The notes beneath the pieces are model-generated. The model was not told the origin of the DNA and ran no database searches. It saw only the letters and a program-made list of their open reading frames with translations. 47,660 nucleotides of DNA from assembly GCA_002104905.1 (NCBI GenBank), contig MCFE01000670.1, forward strand, positions 1 to 47,660. The letters run 5' to 3'. Position numbers and translations under genes: made by a program. Source of the DNA: Basidiobolus meristosporus CBS 931.73. Lineage: Eukaryota; Fungi; Basidiobolomycota. The stretch's first letter is position 1. Each line of letters begins with the position of its first letter. Below, piece by piece: positions 38,499 through 47,660 of the stretch.

Positions 38499-39740
38499 AT
38501 GATCGCTATTCGTGGTATCGCCTTGGTTGCCTTAGTGTCTATTGTCCTAGCTGCTCCATTATTGGAAGTTCAATCACCGGAACTTGTCAATCGCTACGTC
38601 GTGAAGTTCAAGAGTACGGCCGATACAGCTAAAGGTAAAAGGTGATGGCTTGATCTGCTCCTTACCTGTACTAACAAGGCTATAGCCGAACAATTCCTAA
38701 AGACAAAGCTGGACCAGTATAACCGTGGTCGTAGTGGGAATAATACACTCAAGAATGAGATCAAGGGAAATCTTTCATTTGAAAGCTTTAATGCTTTTGC
38801 TGGGGTCTTCAGTGAATCTCTTGTCCGTGATCTAAAGACAAATGGGGATGTTGAGTATATTGAAGCTGAGCAAGTGTTCACTATTTCAGGCTCTCAGAGC
38901 AGTCCACCGAGCTGGGGCCTACCAAGAGTTTCGCAGAGAGCAAGAAATCCCAACGCGCCCTATACCTATCCTGACAATGCTGGTTCAGGGGTAGATGTCT
39001 ATATTATTGATACTGGGATCAATGTAAGGCATTCCGACTTTGGCGGCAGAGCTAGTCTCCCGGTTAGCTTTATCAATGGTGAGGCAGTTGATGATCTTAA
39101 TGGACATGGCACCCATGTCGCTGGTACGGTTGGCGGAACTGCCTACGGTGTTGCTAAAAAGGTTAACTTAATTGGAGTTAAAGTTCTGAGCGGAGCCGGT
39201 AGCGGGAGCACGTCAGGAATTATCGCTGGTGTTAACTGGGTAGCTCAAAGGGCTAGAAGCTCGGGTAGAAGGAGTGTGGCCAATATGTCACTAGGCGGGG
39301 GAAACAGTGAAGCTCTGAAGGCCGCTGTTAATGCAGCCGTCCAAGCTGGGGTTAGTTTCATAGTGGCAGCTGGGAACGAGAGTCAAGATGCTTGTAATGT
39401 ATCCCCAGCTAACGCTTCGGGGGCTTTTACTGTAGCTGCCACCACCGTTTCTGATACAGCAGCAAGTTTCACCAACTACGGACAATGTGTGAACATTGCT
39501 GCTCCAGGGAAGGATATCACTTCTGCTTGGATTGGTGGTACCACAGCTACGAACATAATATCCGGTACTAGTATGGCCAGTCCACATGTTGCTGGGGTTG
39601 CTGCGCTTTATTTGGCCCAGGGAGACGTTGCTACTCCACAGTCAGTCTATAACGCCCTCTCCGCCAGAGCCACCAAAAATATTATCACTGGGCTCAGAAG
39701 TGGTACCCCGAATCTTTTGGTGTATAACTCTAACCAATAG
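38499..39740 (+). CDS. Secreted subtilisin-like serine protease, S8A proteinase-K/Pr1 type, ~396 aa (exons 38499-38634, 38686-39740)
   Basis: Signal peptide, I9-like propeptide (RYVVKFK...VEYIEAEQ), catalytic IDTG, NGHGTHVAG and GTSMASPH, oxyanion AAGN. 51-nt intron with a TACTAAC branch site. Confidence 0.95.
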
Positions 39741-40107
39741 GCGTGCACCAGTAAAGGACGTATCGTTCACAATGTTAGGAATAAACTTTATCGATACTTG
39801 TACCCCAAGATTCCAATTTACTCTTGGATCTTCTATGGGGCTAAAGTCAGTATCCCACAGTTGTTGTTAAGAAGAATATACTCTACAGGACAAGTAAACG
39901 GCATGTATCAATCGTTGTCAATTGCGCAACTGGTTGTTTGCATTAGCTACAATGATGTAGTGTCACATCTTTAGCGTGATTGATGAATGCTCCCCTATAC
40001 GCGCGTATAACTGATAACTGGGCCAGTATTCGGCACAATAAATCTAATATGTGGAGATAGAATTACAAATATTCCTAACAGAAATTGGAATAAACCTAAC
40101 ATCAATG

Positions 40108-40188
40108 GGTGAGATGGCCGAGTGGTCTAAGGTGATGCGTTAGGTCGCAGTCTCTCCGGATGCGTGGGTTTGAACCCCACTCTCATCA
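40108..40188 (+). pseudogene. Degenerate tRNA-Leu(TAG)
   Basis: Leu-type D loop GGCCGAGTGGTCTAAGG and long variable arm, but a 6-nt anticodon loop, T loop TTTGAAC (C56>T), and mismatches in the D and anticodon stems. Confidence 0.7.
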
Positions 40189-41402
40189 CTTTTGCTTGCA
40201 AACCAGAAATAAACCATTTGTGAATACATGAAATAAAGCGCTTCTATCAATATTACACATCTGTTCTGCTCTAGTTACTATGGAAATGTGCTGTATTGAT
40301 CTGAAATTTGCCTTATTGTTGGGCATTCATTAACATTTGGGTCCTACTTTGTGTTCAAACCATTGACTTTGCTTCTTCTGAGTCCTGTGGATTATTCTAA
40401 AGCATGATGGTATTCCTACCTGGCTCTTTGCGCAGTAAATGCTACTAGGTATTTGAAGAGCTAATCAGCTGCTTGATAACCTGAGGAACATTGTGTAGAT
40501 TTACAATGATAGTATATGAGTACCTATTAAGATGTTATAGTTGTTAGACTTGTTCTGTTGGATGGGACAACATTGAGCCATGAGTGCTAAATAGCACCAC
40601 AGTGTACCATAGAGGCACAGCAGACCTATACTTGGCCACACGCTGTGAAATATAGTACTATATCTTCATGCAAAGTAGCCTATGTGTTTCACTCACCATG
40701 TTGGGGAAAATCCATTTTTAGACCTTCTTTTGGGATCAATGTTGGTCATGATGCGTAAAAGCACAGAAGGACTGAAGACATGTTATATCCAAGAGAAAAT
40801 TTGAATTAAACTTTTGGAAGGTTGAACTAAACAAAAGGGACAACTAAGTGCAGCATCTTAGAATTGTCAGAGATTGGCAAAATATTAGCAGAGAGATTCT
40901 GGTCTAATATGGGTGTGTATACAGCTGAGCTGGGCTATAAAGGCAACAGAGTTTGTTTGCTATACAGGCTAGGCTTGGTGTTCTTGAGAATGCTAGATAT
41001 GCTAGGCTTGGGTGGAAACTAGAATGAAATTGCTGAATTCTTAATTTTGCTGAGGCACAATCTTAAATTTGTTGAGACACACACTAAACCAAAAGGTTCA
41101 GTAAGCTTTATTTATATTTTTCTGGTCAAGTTGAATTAGTACGCGCCAAGAGACTGGACTAATTGAAATCTGTTGGGGTGTTTGTAGGTGCATAAGATAA
41201 ATGAGAAATTGCATCATTAATCAGCTGATGTCTTGGCAACTGCTAAGTGGATAAATAGATCTCAGGTGACTAATCACTTGGAAAGGCTTAGCAGATCAGT
41301 TGAGGATGTAATGACCACATGAAAATTGATCAGGTGTGACCACTAAAAATAGATTCTGAGAAGTGATAAGATAAACAATAACTGGAATTAGTTATGCTTG
41401 AG

Positions 41403-42080
41403 TTAGGGAATATCAGTTACGGTACTGGATTTTCTAACCAAGTAGAATAGGCTAAGTTTCAAATGTTGATGCACAACATCACTTACTCCCAGGAGAGGAG
41501 TTTTCTGATATCTTCTGGGTTCCCCTGCAGCTCCAATACTGATTGATGATGGCAACATCATCAATGTTGGTATAAGGTTCCCAGGTGTTGTGTTTGGCAT
41601 CATAACCGTTCCACTTGACAAATAATGGCAATTTTGTTCTTTTCCATCATGGTCAACAATAGCTACAACTTCATAGGATTCTGAAGTAACTGGGTCTGGA
41701 GATATAAGCTTCCATGAAGATTCAGGCACAATAGGAGATATCCTGGCAGGAGGAGGAGTATCCAAGGCAGTAACAGAGGCAATTCTTGTTGGTGAAGCAG
41801 CAGCAGGGGAGGCAAGCCTGATCAGAAACTGGGCAGGAGAGAGTGCTTGAGGAGAGGGAGTCTTCAGCATGCCAAGCATGTCTTCCATCAGAGTGATACC
41901 AATATTTCTGGTGCATTTGCAGAGAAAAGTAAGCTTCCTGAGTCTGCCAGCTCTTCCATTCCTTCTGATAGTTCCTTTGTTTCCACAGTTGGGGCAAGAA
42001 ATCTTCTTGACAGACTTGTCAGAGCAATCAAGAACCATCCTTTCAGGTGTAGTGGGCTCCTGTTGAGGTTTTGGTGGCAT
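41403..42080 (-). mobile_element. ORF1/gag-like remnant with N-terminal zinc finger (CPNC...CKC), probable 5' part of a decayed retroelement
   Basis: MPPKPQQ...CPNCGNKGTIRRNG...FLCKC followed by a Pro/Ala/Ser-rich tract. CpG-free. Same orientation as the adjacent LINE stack. Confidence 0.45.
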
Positions 42081-42308
42081 ATCCAGAGTTTCAGCTTCAA
42101 ATTTCAATTTTTGAGATTTTTGGGTGATTTTTGATGGACGGGATCAAAATTAGGGCTAGGGTTGCGCGCTGTGACTGCTTTTTACAATTGCAAGGTCAGA
42201 ACCTAGGAAAAAATAAAAATAGTTAGTAAAGGTGATTTAATGGATGGATGGATGGATTTGGAGTCAGATTCAATCAAAAAATCAAATTGTTGACTAATTT
42301 AAAGAGGG

Positions 42309-42913
42309 TTAGGGGGAGGAAAGTCACCAAGTGGTGAAATCTTTATTTACTTATGACAAGTATCTAAAGAAGCCAAGTTAATCTGAAGTAATTCCTAGAA
42401 AGCTAGGCCTGAGAGATATCTTCCTGGTAAGCCAGGTCTGAGAGTTGAGAAGCTGAGTGGTACTATATCTCCTATTTAGCTAGGTCTGAGAGAGGTTTCC
42501 TGGAAAGCCAGGCCTGGGTTGGAGTTAGGGGGGAGGAAAGTCACCAAGTGGTGAAATCTTTATTTACTTATGACAAGTATCCAAAGAAGCCATGTTAATC
42601 TGATGTAATTCCTAGAAAGCTAGGTCTGAGAGATATCTTCCTGGTAAGCCAGGTCTGAGAGTTGTGAAGCTGAGTGGTACTCTATTTCCTACTTGGCTAG
42701 GTCTGAGAGAGGTTTCCTGGAAAGCCAGGCCTGAGAAGTGAGAATCTGAATAGATCTGAGCTAAGTTATACTGGTTTGCGGTAGCTGAATTGTGGCCGGA
42801 ATGGCCAGTAGACTGGGGAACTGAGAGGAATTTCTGGGCAATCACTGGCCAAATTTACTAGGCAAATCTGGCCAATTAGCATTTCAAGGATTTGAGCCAA
42901 TCAGAGCCTTTAC
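42309..42913 (-). repeat. Two tandem short units (period 216 bp) sharing the LINE 3' tail
   Basis: Units start at 42309 and 42525 with TTAGGG(G)n-AGGAAAGTCACCAAGTGGTGAAATCTTTATTT and align for ~208 bp, with internal ~80-bp subrepeats. Unit 2 extends to ~42913. Confidence 0.85.
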
Positions 42914-42936
42914 TTTAGGGTTTAGGGTTAGGGGGG
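42914..42936 (+). repeat. Telomere-like repeats at the LINE 3' junction
   Basis: TTTAGGG TTTAGGG TTAGGG GGG. Confidence 0.85.
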
Positions 42937-42990
42937 AGACAGTCACCAACAGGTGAAATCTTTATTTCAGTTGAAACAAAGAAGCCAGCG

Positions 42991-45760
42991 CTACTGTTGT
43001 AGCTTTGATACAAGAGTGTATAGCTGAGGGGAATTTGTAGGTAAGTTAATGAGAAGTGATGATAGTTCTTCAGTGCTCAAGACACTGTTCAGTGGGAAGG
43101 GGGGTAGCAAGAGAGGTAAGAATGACTTGTGAACAACATTAATGAGGGGAATGTGATAAGGATTGATATTCATCATAAAGGGAGTGTGCTGCTGCAGATA
43201 TTGCTGCCAAAGGTCTGTCAAGTACTTCAGGTAGGCCAGCTTGGGTTTTTCTGACTGCAGAATATAGTGAGCAAACTTCTTGACTTCAGGATCTCCAAGT
43301 ATAGTTCTCCAGCAGGAGTCCAGGTGTTGTGTGGTGTGTTCTCTTCCAGGCCTTAATCAGTGGGTTGTTGCAGTTGTGAAGTCTGAGGTATAATCTGGTT
43401 CTAAGGTAGAGAAGTCCGATCTTATAGGGCATAAACCCAAAAGCACCAAGAATAGCATGTCTGTAGGGGCATTCAGGCAAATGAGGCACCAAGGAGGTAA
43501 TGCACCATACTGCAAACTTGTCAAGCTTAGTGCAGTCTCTAGAAGTAAGAGAGAGAAGTGGTAAGCCAAATTCCAGGACAGGGAAGACAAACTGCTTGAG
43601 TAGAAGGAGGCAGCTGGGAGCTGAAGTTGTAGGAGGAGTAACAGCCAGTAGCTTGTGGAGTGCCTGTCTTGCCAGGATAATTCTCTTCTTCAGGTGTGCT
43701 CCAGAGTCTAGTCCAGTAGGAAGGAAAGGAAAGCCAAGATATGTAGCAGAAACCTGAGCAGGTAGAGTGGAGTTCTCCAAGTTGATGGGAGAGCCCAAAG
43801 GTACTGTCTTTGCAATGGAAAGCTGGAGATTATTCTTCTGCAGATGCTGGTGGATGGTCTGGGAGTCTTGTTGCACATTGGAGGAGGATATTCTGATGTC
43901 ATCAGCAAAGAGAGTAACCAGGCAGTCAGCTGAGAGTCTTGGGAAATCATTCAGGAAGATGGCAAACAGTATAGGACCAAGCACAGAGCCTTGAACCACT
44001 CCATTAGGAACTGAGAACACAGCTGATTGCTCACTTGGGTGCAGAATTCTTGCTTGTGGATCCAGAAACAGAGACCTGACAAGGAGGGTGAGAGAGGTAC
44101 TGGAGAAGCATTGCAACTTGGACCAAAGCAGATTTCTGTCAACTGAATCAAAGGCCTTAGTAATATCAAACAGAACAGAGGGATACTTGCACTGGAGAGA
44201 GTGATCTTGGCTAAGTATGACTGCATATTCCAAGGAGAGGCCAGGAACAAAGCCAAACTGTGCAGGATGAAACTTGAGAGAGTCAGAGTAGAGCTCCTGA
44301 GCAAGCAGAAGCTCAAACACCTTTCTGCAGGTGGGCAGCAGAGATATTGGCCTGTAGGAGCTAGGATCCAGGTGCTTTCCTTTACCCTTGTACAGTGGCA
44401 GAACATTTGCAAAGGACCATTCCTCAGGAGTAGAAAGCTGGGCTGAGCATTGCTGAAACAGTGGAAGCAGAAGTGCAGACATGGCCTTGGTACTAGTCTT
44501 CAGAAGCTCATAGGAGATTGTGTCCACACCTGGAGCAGTAGAGTTGGGAAGCCTCTTGAGCACATTATGGATTCTCCTTTGATCAAGTGCAAGTGGGATG
44601 GGCAGAGTCTTGAAGTCAGGATGAAAGCCAGGAGTTGAGTACTGCTTTGTAGAGAAGAAGATGTTAGCCAGCTGTTCTGTTGAAGGTAACTTCCTGGAAG
44701 AGGGCCTCATTGCCCTGTAGAGTCTTGATACTGTTCTTGTTATAGAGTTGGAAGATTGCAGAGGCAAGGAACTCATAATATGATCCCAGAGCTGAGTATG
44801 CAGAGTGTGGTGAATTGCCTTGGAGTGGTGTATTGCTGTCAGGAGGAGTTTCTCTGTTTTTGGGTTAGGGAAGCTCAGGTAGCTTTGTTGCAGGGCTGAA
44901 ACAATGGATTCCCATTTTCTTGAGGTAACAGCAGTAGTCTTGCATGGCAGTGAGAGGGAGGCAGACACCAGAATCAGATGCTTCACAAAGAGCCAGGCAA
45001 AGTTGAGATCATCTGGCAGAGAAAGTAGCAAACTGGCAAGCTTCAAGTAGTTCCCAAAGTCTTTCTTCTGATTCTTGGTAGCTTTGTGGGTGAGCACAGT
45101 AAGTTTTGGCAGCTTCTTCTTCACAACTGGTTGCATAGAAAGGGACCAGGCTGGGTGGTCAGAGGCTCTCAAGGATCCTAGCTCAGCTCCAGAGAATTGC
45201 TTAACTTCATTCACAAAGTAGAGGGCAGCAGCAGAAGGGCAGATCCAGTCAACACATCTTTTCTCAGATTGAGCACCTAGTGCTAGCAGGTGGCTTTCTC
45301 TCAGGAAGTTCAGTAGGAATGTAGACCTTGGCTTCATTCTTGCAGTCAGAGTAGTCTTGTTCTCAGGATGGGGAATGTTGAGATCTCCAAGCAAGATAAC
45401 AGGTGTTGATATAGATTGTTGGTATTGCTGAACCTTCTGGCATATAACTTGCACTTCCTGAAGGGCTAGACTTGGAGGCAGATAGCAGAGCACCAGACTG
45501 ATAGTTGGCAACTGGAGAGCAGCACAGTAAGGGGAGTAAAGAGGAACACAGAGCTGAGGAGTATTGATGGTAGAAGAGATGAAGCAGATAGAGGAGGTAT
45601 TCTTTGTTCTAGGAGTAGAAAAGCAATATAGATTAGTCAAAAGTATAGAGGGTAGCTGGACATCAATCAAACACAGGAGGGAAAATCTTGAAAGAAGTCT
45701 CTCTAGAGTTGGTCTTGATGGCTGTATGCTGTTGCAGTTAAGCAACAGAACTTCAGGTAG
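42991..45760 (-). CDS. LINE ORF2 (APE endonuclease + RT), ~920 aa, +1 frameshift near 43320 in this copy
   Basis: APE: LNCNSI, CYLPP, LLGDLN, CVDWI, SDH. RT: APGVD, YRPISLL, QFGF, FDITKAFDSV, GVVQGSVLGPILF, LFADD. Copy 2 lacks the extra T and reads through to ...SKLQQ*. Confidence 0.92.
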
Positions 45761-46672
45761 TCAGGCAGAGGTTGTAGCTTCTTCAGAGGCAGCATTAACA
45801 ATGTGACCTGCAGAGTCCCAGAGCTCTTCAAATGGTGCATCACTTAAGTCAGCAAGGAGGGAAATGGCATGGTTCTTGAGGAAGTATGCCACATCATAGG
45901 AGGGGGCTTGTCTCTTGATGGCAGCAAAGAAAGACAGAATGGCAACATGGGCTGGAGGCTTGTTGAACAGTAGAGAGTCAGAGGATTCAGATTCTTCAGG
46001 CACTATCTTGAAGTCAGTTTTCAGCCAGTTAAGGTTCTTCTCCACAAAGGCAACAAATGGGTCAGCAATGTTTTGGTCTAGGATAACCTCCAGAATCTTC
46101 CCTTTTCTCCAGGCCAGGTTGACAATTCTTGAGAGCTGAATATTGCATGCCTTGAGTGCTTTCCTGATGTTGGAAATGGGGGTCCAGGGAACTTGCTTCA
46201 AGTACACCACAGTCCAGGTAGAAGCTGGTGGTAGGTTTGCTGGGGGCTTGTAAGTCCTTCTGTGTTGCAATGGAGCTGCAGTAGTCAGATTGGAGTCCAC
46301 ATTCTCAGTAGAAGGTTTTCTTGATGTGTCTTGCTGAATAGTACTGGAGCTGGATGTGCTGATAATTCTTGCTAGAACCTTGCCTGCATAAGTCTGAGGT
46401 ATAGCTGAGGTGACTGTAGAGGTGGTGGCAGCTGGTGCAGGTGGAGAGGCAGAGACTGAAGCAGGAACTGAGGTCACCTGGGAGAAGGCAGTAGAAGCAG
46501 GTTTTCTGGGAGGAACAGAGTTCACTATCCAGTTGTTCTGTAAAACACTGGAGTAGCTTTTCTGTGGAACAGGATCTTGCTCTTGAACAGGAACAGAAGC
46601 AGGAGGCTGGGGCTGAGCAGTAGTGGTAAGGCAGTGGCTCAGGAGTTGAGGATGGCAGTAGGCGATGGTCAT
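45761..46672 (-). CDS. LINE ORF1 (gag-like; low-complexity N-terminus plus conserved-looking C-terminal domain), >=303 aa
   Basis: Open frame directly upstream of ORF2. Pro/Ala/Ser/Thr-rich, then WTVVYLKQVPWTPISNIRKAL...ILEVILD. The frame stays open through the upstream junction, so the true start may be missing. Confidence 0.75.
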   Translation of the reverse strand: MTIAYCHPQLLSHCLTTTAQPQPPASVPVQEQDPVPQKSYSSVLQNNWIVNSVPPRKPASTAFSQVTSVPASVSASPPAPAATTSTVTSAIPQTYAGKVLARIISTSSSSTIQQDTSRKPSTENVDSNLTTAAPLQHRRTYKPPANLPPASTWTVVYLKQVPWTPISNIRKALKACNIQLSRIVNLAWRKGKILEVILDQNIADPFVAFVEKNLNWLKTDFKIVPEESESSDSLLFNKPPAHVAILSFFAAIKRQAPSYDVAYFLKNHAISLLADLSDAPFEELWDSAGHIVNAASEEATTSA

Positions 46673-46686
46673 GAGTGCATGGTCAG

Positions 46687-46701
46687 TTAGGGTTAGGGGG
46701 G
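46687..46701 (+). repeat. Telomere repeats between LINE copies 1 and 2
   Basis: TTAGGG TTAGGG GGG. Confidence 0.85.
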
Positions 46702-47660
46702 AGACAGTCACCAACAGGTGAAATCTTTATTTCAGTTGAAACAAAGAAGCCAGCGCTACTGTTGTAGCTTTGATACAAGAGTGTGTAGCTGAGGGGAATT
46801 TGTAGGTAAGTTAATAAGAAGTGATGATAGTTCTTCAGTGCTCAAGACACTGTTCAGTGGGAAGGGGGGTAGCAAGAGAGGTAAGAATGACTTGTGAACA
46901 ACATTAATGAGGGGAATGTGATAAGGATTGATATTCATCATAAAGGGAGTGTGCTGCTGCAGATATTGCTGCCAAAGGTCTGTCAAGTACTTCAGGTAGG
47001 CCAGCTTGGGTTTTTCTGACTGCAGAATAAAGTGAGCAAACTTCTTGACTTCAGGATCTCCAAGTATAGTTCTCCAGCAGGAGCCAGGTGTTGTGTGGTG
47101 TGTTCTCTTCCAGGCCTTAATCAGTGGGTTGTTGCAGTTGTGAAGTCTGAGGTATAATCTGGTTCTAAGGTAGAGAAGTCTGATCTTATAGGGCATAAAC
47201 CCAAAAGCACCAAGAATAGCATGTCTGTAGGGGCATTCAGGCAAATGAGGCACCAAGGAGGTAATGCACCATACTGCAAACTTGTCAAGCTTAGTGCAGT
47301 CTCTAGAAGTAAGAGAGAGAAGTGGTAAGCCAAATTCCAGGACAGGGAAGACAAACTGCTTGAGTAGAAGAAGGCAGCTGGGAGCTGAAGTTGTAGGAGG
47401 AGTAACAGCCAGTAGCTTGTGGAGTGCCTGTCTTGCCAGGATAATTCTCTTCTTCAGGTGTGCTCCAGAGTCTAGTCCAGTAGGAAGGAAAGGAAAGCCA
47501 AGATATGTAGCAGAAACCTGAGCAGGTAGAGTGGAGTTCTCCAAGTTGATGGGAGAGCCCAAAGGTACTGTCTTTGCAATGGAAAGCTGGAGATTATTCT
47601 TCTGCAGATACTGGTGGATGGTCTGGGAGTCTTGTTGCACATTGGAGGAGGATATTCTGA
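46693..47660 (-). mobile_element. APE-RT LINE copy 2 (3' ~970 bp; runs off the window)
   Basis: Direct repeat of 42928-43896 with about 7 differences by eye. The ORF2 C-terminus is intact. Confidence 0.93.

Larger units (their letters stand above)
42928..46686 (-). mobile_element. APE-RT non-LTR retrotransposon (LINE), copy 1, ~3.76 kb, probably 5'-truncated
   Basis: ORF1 plus ORF2 with APE and RT motifs. The 3' end abuts CCCTAA repeats, and the 5' end abuts the telomeric-repeat tail of copy 2. Confidence 0.92.

Noticed and set aside
42241-42257. (TGGA)n run
   Set aside because: Short microsatellite with no further structure.
42309-42733. CRISPR-like array
   Set aside because: Eukaryotic context, only two long units, no repeat-spacer structure or cas genes.
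42612-42845. 77-aa ORF in short unit 2
   Set aside because: Non-ATG start, built from internal subrepeats, no similarity to the LINE ORF2 C-terminus.

Overview
Eukaryotic genomic DNA from a fungus (introns of 51-112 nt with GT-AG ends and CTAAC branch sites; an early-diverging, possibly entomopathogenic lineage is inferred but not provable). CpG-retaining gene islands (~11.2-28.9 kb, ~36.5-40.2 kb) alternate with almost CpG-free transposon graveyards made of CACTA-like DNA transposons, nested Ty1/copia elements and solo LTRs. Genes: LRR protein, methyltransferase-like protein, RPS28, mitochondrial-type PP2C, tricalbin, a small secreted Lys/Pro-rich peptide, an unknown secreted Cys-containing protein, a proteinase-K-family subtilisin, tRNA-Thr(CGT) and a degenerate tRNA-Leu(TAG). 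The most striking structure is at 42.3-47.66 kb: a head-to-tail stack of APE-endonuclease/RT non-LTR retrotransposon copies and short units, all on the minus strand. Every 3' junction is TTAGGG telomeric repeat plus a G-run, with no poly(A), and all units share a 3' hairpin. This is a candidate telomere-targeted or telomere-extending LINE system. Its ORF1 and ORF2 are in frame and separated only by TGA-CTA. All analysis was by eye; no database searches were run and the chromosome end is not in the window.
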